A stretch of 63,010 nt of DNA, the filler included, from Octopus bimaculoides (Eukaryota), in assembly GCF_001194135.2 (NCBI RefSeq). It is 5 parts of 4 records of this genome, joined end to end, with 100 filler letters (N's around TTAATTAATTAA, not from the genome) between each part and the next. Parts side by side here need not be neighbours in the genome. Positions count along the whole stretch, not along the records: positions 1 to 20,777 come from NC_068989.1; 4 more parts are not named here. One strand, 5' to 3'. Below, one piece after another: positions 1 to 12,105 of this stretch (the first letter of the stretch is position 1; each line of letters begins with the position of its first letter). Position numbers and translations under genes: made by a program. Under the pieces are notes generated by a model that did no database searches, had not been told where the DNA came from, and saw only the letters and a program-made list of their open reading frames with translations.

Positions 1-1129
1 ATATATATATATATATATATATATAATCCAAGGATCGAGGTGTAGGATGAAAGTTAGCTTCAAGCCATCCGTAGTAAATATAGGAAAACAGCTTTCAGGA
101 ACAATAGTGATTTATTGAGACGGAAGGCTGTGAATTTTTTCTTATCGAAGAAAATCACAAAATAAATTGAAAGAAGTTCTTTTTGTATTTCACGGTAGGC
201 AACCAGAGTTGCCGGGTATGCGAATAAGAAGAGTTAAGGAATGGAGTAGATAAGATCCGGCTACATATGTTTCATAGTGAGCGGTACCTCAGGAGTGGTA
301 AATATCCAAGCGCGGTGTACACGGCAGGTTACTCTTCAGGCCAAGGATATTTTGATTTAATGAAAGTTTACATTGTTGCAAGCGGGTACATGTAAATATA
401 TGGAAGATTCAATCAGAATGTCCAGAGAGCACAGTATGAGTGGAGAATATATATGTATAGAGGAATTAAGATTAAAAGAAGAAAAAAGAAAAAAAACACA
501 AAGGAGTGAGAAGAAAGAGGAATTTAAGCAAGGTCATTTAACCGGTAGTACTCAATAGGGCTTTTGGCCGAATCTCAGAAATTAGCAAGAGGAGTGGTAT
601 TTGAAGAAAAGATAATGTTTAAGGGAGAAAGTGAGGAAATATTTTTGGTCAAGGGGAAGAGAAAAGTATGCATGAATGGGCAAGAATCGTCGTAGCTACT
701 ACTAGCAGTCAACTAAGGAGTGTATATTATGTGCGGTGAGTGTGTTTACAGTATGAAGTAGTAGAGGTGTATGTTGGCGTATGCACTTGTAAGTTTACAG
801 GGGGACGTGATTAGGAGGGAGAGGCAGGTGAAATAAGAGAATTTTTTTTTATAAATGGTAAGGAAAGATACAGAGAGGAGTATGTAAATGTCAATAAGGA
901 ATTGAAGGGAAGAATCAGAGATAATTTTTTATAAATGGTAAAGAAAGATAGAGAGAGAAGTGTGACAACAAGGAATTAAAGGGAAGATATATTATTGGTT
1001 TAATATATAGTGGTAGTGAGGGTAAATAAGAGGGGAAATTTATGAAGGTTAGGGGGAAAAAGCGGGGTGGGTTGTTTTTTGTATTTAGAGAATAGATTTA
1101 GTGATCGATGTTTGCAGGTAAAAATTATA

Positions 1130-1543
1130 CTCCTGCGTTCATTAAGATGCAACAGACACAACACTGGATTCATTCCGTCATTCACAAGCAAGGATGTATG
1201 GACCTCAAGAAGCCCCGATCTCAACCCGCTGGATTTTTCTCTTTGTCCATTTTGGAGACGAGTGACTCGAGCACTTCTCATGCTTCGCTCGACGCTCTGA
1301 AGGCAAAACTGCAGCAGGAATGGGCTTCGATTTCGTAAGAACAGCTGCGTTCTGTGTGTGAAGCATTCGCATCTAGGCTTAAAGCTGTGATTCGAAACAG
1401 TGGTGGTCATATCGAATAAATATGGTAGTGTCATAATTGTGTTTCCTTTACCATTGCATTGCAACGCTCGAGTCCGAAATATAACAATATTTTGCTTTGG
1501 CAAAATTGAAAAAAGTTGGGTGCCTTAATTTTGGGACACCCTG
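1130..1543 (+). mobile_element. maT/mariner-like (Tc1/mariner DDD type) DNA transposon, 3' remnant with right TIR
   Basis: Frameshifted translation gives ...KDVWTSRSPDLNPLDFS..ILET...SHASLDALKAKLQQEWASIS*EQLRSVCEAFASRLKAVIRNSGGHIE* (stop about 1417-1419). The SPDLNPLD motif has D as third catalytic residue. 1523-1543 is the reverse complement of a CAGGGTGTCCCAAAATTAAGG-type TIR. Confidence 0.8.
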
Positions 1544-1656
1544 TCTATATCAGAAGCAACAGCGTAACTCAAAGACCAAGTCTGTTGCGATTCTACTAAA
1601 TACTAATGATATATATACTCACGTTTTGAGTTCCATTTTCCATGATAGCATCACTG

Positions 1657-1657
<1 letters not shown>

Positions 1658-1698
<41 letters not shown>

Positions 1699-1708
1699 NN
1701 NNNNNNNN

Positions 1709-1746
<38 letters not shown>

Positions 1747-1853
1747 TATACACATACATACACACACACATGTATATGCACATGTACTTACACACAAACA
1801 CACACATATTTTTGTCTAGATCATCACAAGCAGCAACAGCAACAGCAGCAATT

Positions 1854-1916
<63 letters not shown>

Positions 1917-1917
1917 T
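1658..1917. repeat. Compound microsatellite: (CA)n, (CAG/CAA)n, (TAG)n
   Basis: Directly visible; 10-N gap inside the (CA)n. Confidence 0.95.
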
Positions 1918-2547
1918 AGTATCATTGGCAACATTGGTGATAACTGAGTACGAAATATCATCTGCAATGCACTCGTTGTTTTATCACCTGCTTTATCTAA
2001 ATGGTTTCCAAAATCATTTCCCACACTGATTACACCACTATTTCACCAACCTTACTTCAAACAAACAATTTCTGTCACGTTATGTTTCGTATTCAACATT
2101 ACCATTCCATTTACTCAACCGATAAATATTTCACTATTTTTGCACACAAATATTTTTGCCGTAAATATTTACAGAGAGAGTGAAGAGAGCACGACTTTGG
2201 AAAGAGAAGGAATCTCCAAGCAGATTGAAACTGCAACGCGTTTTTTTTCTTTCTTGTAATCCGCTGTTCTATGAGACACTTATCACGAATAGGGGGAAGG
2301 AAGAGGATATAGGATTATGCATTCCTGGATGTTACCCACGGGGTCCTATCGGGTAATCGGTTTCCGATGGGAAACATTTTCTACCTGCATCATTGATCAA
2401 ACAGAAAATGCCAAATGAATGAATGTATGGTAGGAATCAAGTGTATCAAGAGATTGTGTTTTTACCTTTATTTTTTACTTGGCTCAGCCCATAGTCTGTG
2501 GCCATGCTGGGGCACGCTATTGGTGTTGCTATGCTTTTACAGATCCT

Positions 2548-2915
2548 CCTTTTGCGGTAGGCATTTGATGAATGATTTCGAAGCTGTTGCCCTCAGTTGT
2601 GTTTTTTGCCACGATGTAGGCTAATCTAGAATTCTAGACAGTAGAAAGTGCAGTTGCTTTTTGAAGATATTTACGCCTACATCATGTAGGTCTCTTAACT
2701 GTTTCGGTAGAATATTGAAAAGTTGTCGACCTTATCCTAAAACTGGAAGGTGAGGATTTGATACTTGGCACCATGGGGTGATGCCCTGTTCGGGGCCAAA
2801 GTTTAGTACAAGTTCTTCCAGGATGTTCCAGATGTATATAACAGCATATGTTTCCTGTCACGTTCTAGGAAATATAGCCTTACCTTATCCAACCTTTCCC
2901 AGTAGCTGATCTGTG
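2548..2915 (-). mobile_element. CR1-clade LINE ORF2 C-terminal remnant
   Basis: Minus-strand translation with frameshifts: SQISYWERLDKVRLYFLER..YAVIYIWNILEELVLNFG...GRQLFNILPKQLRDLHDVGVNIFKKQLHFL, typical of the CR1 ORF2 tail. Confidence 0.8.
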
Positions 2916-2991
2916 ACATTGAGGAACAAGTTTCACCATAAATTTTACACTGCCATGACGACAATTGGGAACTTGGTCAGAATGCTTGTAA

Positions 2992-3120
2992 CAATACATA
3001 CATACAAACGCATACATACATACATACATACATACATACATACATACACACACACATGCACACACACATACATACATACATGCATACATACATACATACA
3101 TACATACATACATACATACA
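2992..3120. repeat. (TACA)n microsatellite
   Basis: Directly visible. Confidence 0.95.
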
Positions 3121-3856
3121 GCAAAACAATATCCCACAATGCATTTGCAGTACCAGTGCTGATCCCAACAGTTGGGATACTTGATTGGTCTGTAGGGAAA
3201 TCTAGTCCATAGATGTTAAGACACGCAAAATCCTGACAGCAACTGGGAACTTCCACAGACACAGTAATGTTGACAGGCTCTACCTAAGAAGAAATGAAGG
3301 TAGTAGAGGCTTGAGATCAGTGCAGACGACCTTCGAATGCCGTATAGTATCACTTCGGGCAGCACCTGCTAAACAACAGCAGTAAAAATAAATATATAAA
3401 TGCAGTCCTGAGAAGTGAAGTGAGCAACATTGTACGAGTTGGTAGTGAACTCCTTAAGAAGCACTGATGATTTCCTTTACAGTCCCAAAACAGCTGGGCT
3501 CTCTTACCTCAGAGAAGATCTGGATGGATACCACTCAGCATACAAAAAAAAAAAAAGAGATTATGCATGGGTATGTTGCCCAGAAGCTTGAAGAGGACAG
3601 TAGAATTGACACGAAGCGCAGCCTCTCTTCGACACAAGACCACTACATCACATCACACTTTGAAGGCTATGCGTTTGCAATCCAGGAACAGGTGATTGCC
3701 ACAAAGTACCTCGTGAACAAGAGAAACAGTGACGCTCTTGTAATCCCAAGGTGCAACCGCATGTGTACGCTATGTCATGTTTCTGTGGAAGACATCACGC
3801 ATGTGATTAGCAGTTGTCCTAAAATGTCATCACAGTACTACCTCCCTATGCGGCAA
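3121..3856 (+). mobile_element. R4/Dong-like (RLE-type) non-LTR retrotransposon fragment: RT thumb plus CCHC zinc knuckle
   Basis: NAFAVPVLIPTVGILDWS..IDVKTRKILTATGNFHRHSNVDRLYLRRNEGSRGLRSV, then ORF 3467-3925 with HFEGYAFAIQEQVIATKYL...CTLCHVSVEDITHVISSCPKMSSQYYLPMR (C-x2-C-x8-H-x4-C). Confidence 0.88.
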
Positions 3857-4166
3857 ACAGACAGAAAAGCATTTGGCGTTCTTGTAAAGCACGGCTGGAG
3901 AAATATTAATCTCACTCCTTTCTAGATTGCATTTTTAACACAATACGTCTATGAAGAAATTTTCTTTCAAATAAAAAACCGCGCTGTCAGGCCTTTCAAC
4001 GGTGAAAATACGTTAAATGTGATATCTAATGCTGCTTCAACTGTGTACACCAATTTTATATACATACATACAAGGGTGAGCACAACTTAATATTTCGTTG
4101 TAACACTGGGTTTTGTATATGTTGATTATTTAGTACACGTTATTCATTACAACGCATGTATATCAA

Positions 4167-4214
<48 letters not shown>

Positions 4215-5018
4215 CATCTGTCTATCTATATAATATTATAATGTATATATATATATATATGAGATCCAGAGATCCAGAGATTCTCAGTATAGAAGACACT
4301 TAGTAGTACTCAAATGATTCAAACTTAGACTCTGATATCTTTACAGGGGATCGATTCCATGAGGGTAAAGAATGGCTATAAGAGGGATTAAGTTGAGCAG
4401 ATATACAGGCAATTATGCGGATAAAACAAATTAGGTATATCAAATATAACAGTTTGGGTATGAAATACAAAATATGTATATATGTATACATGCAAAATGA
4501 GGGAAAGCAAAAAGTGGAGACTTTCAGAAGATAGATATTTAAGTATAAATATATAGATATTTATATTAATAGAGCCAGCTTACACAGAGTACAAATGATA
4601 GAGAAAATTAAAGGGGAGGAAGACAGGAGTCCTAAGTCCAACAGCTGTATATATGTACTTAAGTTAATCAGTTGCATGTATATATATAAAAATGAATATA
4701 NNNNNNNNNNNNNNNNNNNNNNNNNNNNNNNNNNNNNNNNNNNNNNNNNNNNNNNNNNNNNNNNNNNNNNNNNNNNNNNNNNNNNNNNNNNNNNNNNNNN
4801 NNNNNNNNNNNNNNNNNNNNNNNNNNNNNNNNNNNNNNNNNNNNNNNNNNNNNNNNNNNNNNNNNNNNNNNNNNNNNNNNNNNNNNNNNNNNNNNNNNNN
4901 NNNNNNNNNNNNNNNNNNNNNNNNNNNNNNNNNNNNNNNNNNNNNNNNNNNNNNNNNNNNNNNNNNNNNNNNNNNNNNNNNNNNNNNNNNNNNNNNNATA
5001 TATATATATATACATATA

Positions 5019-5185
5019 TACGACGAGCTTCTTTCAGTTTCCGTCTACCAAATCCACTCACAAGGCTTTGGTCGGCCCGAGGCTATAGTAGAAGACACTT
5101 ATCCAAGGTGCCACGCAGTGGGACTGAACCCAGAACCATGAGGTTGGTAAGCAAGCTACTTACCACATATCCACTCCTGCGCCTA
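5019..5185 (-). mobile_element. SINE family A, 5' half (tRNA-like head)
   Basis: Reverse complement matches 43270-43415 (GGCGCAGGAGTGG..GTGGTAAG A-box; GGTTCAGTCCC B-box). It ends at a (TA)n run next to a gap. Confidence 0.9.
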
Positions 5186-5884
5186 TATATGCCATTTTTT
5201 CTTGATCCTCTTTCATTTGCCATAGACATTTAAAATTTTTGTTGTATTTCTAATCTTTCTGTTGTCTAAAGATGGATATTGCTGGGTATGAGTCTGTTTT
5301 CAAATGTAATTTTGGAGAACTGAAGAAGCAAACTGATCTTATTTTGGCTTACTCATTCTGCCCCAGCTATATCAAATTAGATATAAGTGTTGGAAAAATT
5401 TGACTTGGAATTCAACGGAGATAAGAATATAAATTGTTAATCACCAAACATTATCCAGATATATTATTAGCAACGTCAATTACAATCGAATTAAAGTTGA
5501 GGAAAAATTCCTTGAGAAAAAAAAGTACCTGTCACCTATGTTTCGAACTCTCACAACTTCAATAACAACAACTATGTTGACCAATTTTTACTCCTAAATA
5601 CGATGCAACAGTACAAAACGATGATGCAATGTAACGATTTCAAAGAGGTAGGGAGAAAATAGCAAGTAATCAGAAGTTACTCATATTATCCTGGTTATTA
5701 ATTTTGCCCCACCCACCCACACACACACACAAACACACACACACACACACAAACACACACATATATATATACATACACACACATATATATGCTCATACAT
5801 ACATACATACATACAGATATAATATATATGATATATAAGTATGTATGTATAATATGCTTATGCATATATATCTGCATACGCTCA

Positions 5885-5928
<44 letters not shown>

Positions 5929-6129
5929 ATATATATNNNNNNNNNNNNNNNNNNNNNNNNNNNNNNNNNNNNNNNNNNNNNNNNNNNNNNNNNNNNNNNN
6001 NNNNNNNNNNNNNNNNNNNNNNNNNNNNNNNNNNNNNNNNNNNNNNNNNNNNNNNNNNNNNNNNNNNNNNNNNNNNNNNNNNNNTATATATATATATATA
6101 TATATATGTTGTTAGAATCCGCAGAATGT

Positions 6130-6330
6130 TTGACTATCTCTCAGTATTCGGTTACGTCGCTTTACATTCTGGTTTCAAATCCCGTTGAGATTAACTCTAT
6201 GTTACTCTGTCTTACTCCGTCTTTCATTTCTCCAGGTACAATAAAAGTGTATTTCTCTCTTTCTGCTGTTGACTAAATCGACAATGCCACTCCCTTCACT
6301 AAAACGATGGGCTTCGTGCCTTATTAAAAC
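6130..6330 (+). mobile_element. SINE family D, heavily decayed
   Basis: Residual similarity to 44251-44458 (acattctggtttcaaatcccgttgag...tttcat...gttgactaaatcgac). Confidence 0.5.
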
Positions 6331-6413
6331 ACACACAAACGCTCACGCACACGCTGAAATATGTGTGTATGTGTGTGTTTGTGTATGTGTGTGTGTGTCT
6401 GTGTGTCTGTGTG

Positions 6414-6470
<57 letters not shown>

Positions 6471-6649
6471 TTATGTATGTATGTATACACTGACAAATTT
6501 GGTATTTTGTATGTTTGTGGTTCAGGGTCAATATTTGTGTTGAGGATTCGCAAAGGAATTTAAGTTATCTTAGTGGTTTAGCTTAATTGACTGAGCAACT
6601 ATCAAGAGAAAGTCGTTTTATCTCATGGAAATAAAGTAATAATAATAAA

Positions 6650-6662
6650 GATATTAATAAAG

Positions 6663-6729
<67 letters not shown>

Positions 6730-6770
6730 CAACAACAACAGTAACAACAATAGTAATAATAATACTAATA
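6650..6770. repeat. (TAA)n/(CAA)n microsatellite
   Basis: Directly visible. Confidence 0.95.
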
Positions 6771-7521
6771 AATGAAGGTAAACTATTTATCTGGTGAAAT
6801 AATCTCTGCTTTTATCCTTGATGGGTTCTCTTCTTACAACCAGCTCGCTCGTACCCAACCTCTTACCTCTTAAAAATAAACTGGATAGTTTCGATGCAAA
6901 AGAATAAATTGATGTTTTCTCTGATAACCTCTTCTCTTGTAGCAATGCAATTTCTCTTTCCTTTTACTTTTATTATTATCATTATTATTATTATTATTAT
7001 TTTTGTATTCGGCTCACAACGTATTGATGCAATTGAGGTAGAAAAAATGTTAATTTGATGAAGAATATTGTTTGATGTGTGAGAAAAACATGCCACTTTA
7101 TTTTCCAAGACGCTTTCTTTATGTGGAGACTCTATACGTTCTGCTGGGGTATGTGTTACCGTAAAGAAGAACACTTCAAACGAATAGAACAACGGTGCAC
7201 TCCAGCCAGATATGCGGTAACAGATTCGTTTATAAACCTTGTAATGTTGAGAAGAGATATAAATTTCAGAAAATTATTTTCCCAATTCTCAACAGATCTG
7301 TTTATAATTTATATATTGTAAGTAATATGTACATATAATAAATATATGTATAAATAATAACATAACACCAAAAAAGAAAGAAAAAAGAAGTTTATTCATG
7401 GTTTCCTTTCATGAATATTATGCATAATTACTAGAATAAAACGTTGATGTTGCTGCTGCTGTTGTGGTGGTCTTTGTCAGTATTTCAGAAACTTTTTCAT
7501 ATATGAACAATCATGGAAAAT

Positions 7522-7805
7522 AAGTAAAATAATGGAAGTAAAATAATGGAAGTAATATTGGTGGTGGTGGTACTGCTGCTGCTGCTGCTGCTGTTGCTGC
7601 TGGTGCTGGTGCTGGTGGTGTTGGTGCTGGTGCTGGTGCTGGTGGTGTTGGTGGTGCTGGTGGTGCCGGTGGTTGTGGCGGCGGCAGCGGCGGCGATGTG
7701 ATGGTGATGGTGATTGTGGTGGCAGCAATCGCGGTTGTGTGGTAGTATTAGTGGTTGTAGTGAGGTGGGGTTTATAGGAGAGGTGTTGGTGGTAGTGGTG
7801 GTAAC
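7522..7805. repeat. 14-bp tandem (AAGTAAAATAATGG x2.5) followed by a compound GGT/GCT/GTT/GCG/GAT/AGT trinucleotide tract
   Basis: Directly visible; source of the poly-His/Gln/Ser/Thr pseudo-ORFs. Confidence 0.9.
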
Positions 7806-7844
7806 TTTTTTTTTTCTTGATAAAGGGACAGTATGCATAGTTTT

Positions 7845-9000
7845 CACAAGCCCCCTGATATTGATCAGATATACGCGATTAATATTCCCTGAACAAACTA
7901 TACGTTCTGCTGAAGGAAAAAAAATCACGGGCTGGATGGGAATTCCGGAGGGATGTCATTTAGAGAGGAAGGAATGGAAATGCTGGTGAATGTGAATCTA
8001 ATCTGATAAGTGCGAGAAACCATCATTAAAGAACAGAGACCAGTATAGTAGCAAGAGAAAGAGTAGAGCGAGGAGACAGTGCGCCCGTGAGGCAGAGATT
8101 GGAATGTGTTTGTGATCGCTTTAATGGTAATTAGTCGGATGATGCATAGCCTTCTTTGCCGCATGAGTAGCGTCCTAGATGTAGAAGTATTTCATTGTGG
8201 GTATTATGTTATAGGAAGTTGTTGTTGGCACTCCGTCGCTTACGACGTCGAGGGTTCTAGTTGATCCGATCAACGGAACAGCCTGCTCGTGAAATTAACG
8301 TGCAAGTGGCTGAGCACTCCACAGACACGTGTACCCTTAACGTAGTTCTCGGGGATATTCAGCGTGACACAGTGTGACAAGGCTGACCCTTTGAATTACA
8401 GGCACAACAGAAACAGGAAGTAAGAGTGAGAGAAAGTTGTGGTGAAAGAGTACAGCAGGGTTCGCCACCATCCCCTGCCGGAGCCTCGTGGAGCATTAGG
8501 TGTTTTCGCTCAATAAACACACACAACGCCCAGTCTGGGAATCGAAACCGCGATCCTATGACCGCGAGTCCGCTGCCCTAACCACTGGGCCATTGCGCCT
8601 TCACATTATAGAGAGTAAGCAACTGTTGGCAGCTGAAGCATTTTCTGTCTCCAAAATAAACGACCACGTTTCACATGGCACTATTTTCTATGTTGTGGTT
8701 GTAAGATGTCCAAGTGAGAGATACAAAATCTGTAGTAACACTGTAAGTTTGAACTGAGCAATGCTTATGGTAAGAGGTCGTTGGATTCAAGAGCGTTTCC
8801 TTGACATGATTACTGGTTGTGTCTTTGTATAGTTGAAATATGACCCAATTAGAAAAATTATTTTCGAGGTCCCTGTTTAGGAACACAATGCAGATTTGGT
8901 ATGAGATGTCTAGACTGTATGTAGATGCCGCTTGCATGTGGAATGTTAGTGAAGAATAAAGGGTGAGTCATCTATGTAGCAGCAGACATTGTTTGAAGTG
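7845..9000 (-). mobile_element. L2/CR1-group LINE ORF2 C-terminal remnant, interrupted by a SINE B copy
   Basis: Minus strand: IIPTMKYFYI*DA (cf. IRPxMEYCSHIW), then IIRLITIKAITNTFQSLPHGRTVSSLYSFSCYYTGLCS, then a 3' end resembling SFFSRTSxLWNSLP..FP..NINRVYL. The left boundary is better supported than the 8605-9000 part. Confidence 0.65.
8219..8604 (-). mobile_element. SINE family B, full length
   Basis: Reverse complement is close to 47836-48227: tRNA-like head (GGCGCAATGGCCCAGTGGTTAGG..GGTTTCGATTCCC) and (CAA)n tail. Confidence 0.93.
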
Positions 9001-9249
9001 ACATTGATGTACAGAAGACTATGTAAGGCATACCGAAACTTGGGACACACCAAAATTGATAAAGTGTGGGAATGGGAGAGAGAGATAGAGTTTAATTACA
9101 AATCACCTCTTCTAGTAGAACCGCCATACTCGTACCCCCATCACGTGATTCCTTAAGTCTATCATATTCTAGGTCCTTCATTTTATGTGTCCATATCATA
9201 GTGGTACTGTTAATTCACTGATCAGGACTTTTTTGTCGAGACAAATCAT

Positions 9250-9345
9250 GCCCTAAGGATTGAGGTGTTCCTTCTGTTATTGTTATACACACTGGAAACT
9301 TGGGCGCTTCTTCCAGATCCATCGGCACCAGGATAACTGGGATAA
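9250..9345 (-). mobile_element. Possible RLE-type LINE extreme C-terminus
   Basis: Frameshifted minus-strand FIPVI.GA.G...GT(A)H-ILR, similar to the IPVIVGALG...GTAHILRK end of R4/NeSL-type ORFs. Confidence 0.35.
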
Positions 9346-10437
9346 AACCAGAATACTATTCTAACGATACATACTTTCCACACTGATAACATTTATCGGT
9401 GTCATTCAGGCCACCCCATCTATTTTTGGTATGGAAGCATACCATTCTCGGCAATAAAATCAATAACTTATTTGCTTAAATTTGCCACCATATACCAAAA
9501 AGCTTTTTTTGTGTACTGACTCCCGTGCTGTCAATTTACATTGATCATCCACCCTTATCTCATTAATCACTCGACCCCTCCCCCCACCTTAAGCTGGTGC
9601 ATTTCTCGCGTTACTATAAGTTACCCGCCTATGTTTTCCAGTTATCTTTTATCCTCCTCAGTCCATTGTCTTCAGCATAACGTCAATTATTTATATTTTC
9701 ATTTCCATGCTGGACTCTACAATCCAAACAGTTTTCTCACGATCCACTTTCTTCTTGAAAACGTGTTGGATCGCGCAAACAAGGAGTTCCACAAATTTTG
9801 CTATTTTAAACCAAACTACTACGCCTTCCCCGCGATTTGTAACTTAGATATTCCCAACCGAATAATACAGAGTTGCCAACTTACTGCATTCTTTCTGCCT
9901 CGCTGACGAGTGTACGGTTACACGAAACTTGAGATCTCACGGCCCAAGAAGAAATATTTATATCAACAATTTATGTACCTATGTATTGAATGTATATTGA
10001 ATGTATATCTAACGTGTGCATTAAATCACTATATAATGGATTATACGAATTTTATGCAGGTTATTATTGCGCTCTCTGCATCTCTGCTACAAAATAGGGT
10101 AAATTTAATTAAATATTTTTCAAGAGTAAATAATATTGCGCACGCGCGTGTGTAAGTGTGTTTGTGCGTGCGGTGAGGAGGATGAACGTTGAACCCAAAT
10201 ATTGTGAGCTTTTCGTGAATGGGTCTGCGTTCCAGGTTCGAATACTTGTGGCAGCTATGTTACTTATTTCGCTATTGCGTTTGAGAAAAGTCGTATAGCT
10301 ATAATGTTATCTCTCCTCTACCGATTATCCTATGAACCCAATTAAACTGATCTGAAATATCAAGTAATGAACATCATTCACTACTCTAATGCGGCATATC
10401 ATTGGAGCGGTAAACAAAACGTTTTGTTAATTATTTC

Positions 10438-10808
10438 AAGGCGGCGAGCTGGCAGAATCGTTAGTACTCCGAAAAAAAATGCTTAGCAGCATTTCATCCG
10501 TTTTTACGTTCTGGGTTTAAATTCCTCAAGGCCGACTTTGCATTTCATCCTTTTGGTATCGATAAAATAAATACCAGCTGAGCACTGGGGTCGATTTAAT
10601 TGACTTATCCTCTGCCTCGAACCTGCTGTCATTGTGCCAAAATTTGAAACCATTATTATTATGTTCTGAGTTCAAATTCCGCCGAGATCGAATTTACATT
10701 TCATCCTCTCGGAGTCGATAAAATGAGTACCAGTTGAACATTGGTGTCGATATAATCAACTTACCCCCTCTCCCGAAATCACTGGCCTTGTGCCAAAATT
10801 TGAAATCA
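10438..10808 (+). mobile_element. SINE family D tandem dimer (full copy 10438-10652 plus headless copy 10661-10808)
   Basis: Head AAGGCGGCGAGCTGGCAGAATCGTTAG, B-box GTTCAAATTCC, body GTCGACTTTGCCTTTCATCC..GGGGTCGAT. Flanked by TTAATTATTTC (10427-10437) and TTAATTATCTC (10813-10823). Confidence 0.9.
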
Positions 10809-11039
10809 ATATTTAATTATCTCTCTTTGATTTCTCAGTTTAAAACCCGCCAGTATCGATTCACCTTTCACTCCCCAACATATTCGACGCCATTATGATA
10901 TCATAGAATATGGAAATTGACAGCACAAACAGTGTAGTGCCGGACAAGGCACCTTATGGGATTTAGATATGTCCTTTTATACCTTTTTTTAAATTCTCCG
11001 GAGTTGATTTTGCTATTGGTCCTCTAGGGATCGATAAAA

Positions 11040-11210
11040 CATGAACCATCCACCTACTAAAGCATAGCTATTTTACGCAGTCTTTCTTCTTCAAAACGTC
11101 AGCCTCTGGAATTCCTGCCATATCTGTTTTTTTTTTGTTTTTGTTTTTTTCCTAAAGCCATTATCTGTTCAAGAAGAACATTAGCTGTATTGGTCTCACC
11201 AATCTCAGAG
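11040..11210 (+). mobile_element. L2-like LINE 3' end
   Basis: SFFFKTSASGIP (cf. SFFPRTSxLWNSLP)...FKKNISCIGL, same tail type as 7845-7990. Confidence 0.5.
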
Positions 11211-11599
11211 GACCCAGGGGACCATGATCCTTTCCTTCTGACCAAGCTATAAAAATGAAATTCATTAAAGCAACAGAGTCTCAGTAAAACTGCCCTTCCT
11301 GATTAAAATTGCTGCTTAAAACACCTTCAGATGGTACCCTATTATCTGTTTAAAAATGAAATTACACATTGAAATATTTATTTCTAACATTCCTATAGGC
11401 AGTATGGTCATGGTTGGAATGCCCGTGATCACATGTCTGCTAAACTATGGCTCACTTGATACTAAATACTACGAAAATAGTCAAATAACTAAGCTTTCTT
11501 TTGAGTCCACTTATAACCCTCCATCTGTCTTATGTCTATCGGATTGGCGGCTTTCTGCAGATCGCACCATCATGAAGTGACAAAAACAAGCAACTAGAA

Positions 11600-12105
11600 A
11601 TTTTGTGGCGAATGTACATTCTCATCACAACAAACACTGCATCACGAAGAGTGGCCTTTCTCTTCAGAACCAGAAAATGTTACCTCAGCAACTATTAAAC
11701 TCGACAAATAATAATAAAATACAGTTCCCACATCTGGAACAGAACTACTGCAACATCTGGAGCACTATTGCTGCTACATCTGGGACAGTGATACTGTTAC
11801 ACACACAGACGTTCTACATTACATCAAAGAAAGGAACATTGATATGAAGTCACTCATCAAACACTCCAGCCTCTAACTCACAAACTTGCTGTATGTTCTC
11901 TGTCTTTTCCACAATAACTATAGTTGCCTCTGCTCTTCGAGACCAGTTGACTTCGTGTCACTCCTGACTCGTTCATCTCTCCTTTTCTCATTATCCATGT
12001 TGTGTCGATTCCTCCCCCATGTGCCGGATGAACCACTATGTCCAATTCTCCCTCCCAAGAACATCAGTTCCCTGAAATCGTCCCATTACGCATGTTCTTT
12101 TTTTT
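11600..12105 (+). mobile_element. CR1/L2-group LINE ORF2 remnant
   Basis: QFPHLEQNYCNIWS (cf. RPHLEYCxxIW) and RFLPHVPDEP (cf. CR1 FLxxVPDEP). Confidence 0.5.

Noticed and set aside
6860-7190. ORF containing HKESVLENKVA next to (TAA)n, a possible R4/Dong relic
   Set aside because: Only one short motif resembles the family; not enough to call.
7477-7928. Poly-His/Gln and poly-Ser/Thr ORFs resembling transcription-factor low-complexity regions
   Set aside because: Trinucleotide repeat fused to an L2 3' end; no domain and no splice support.
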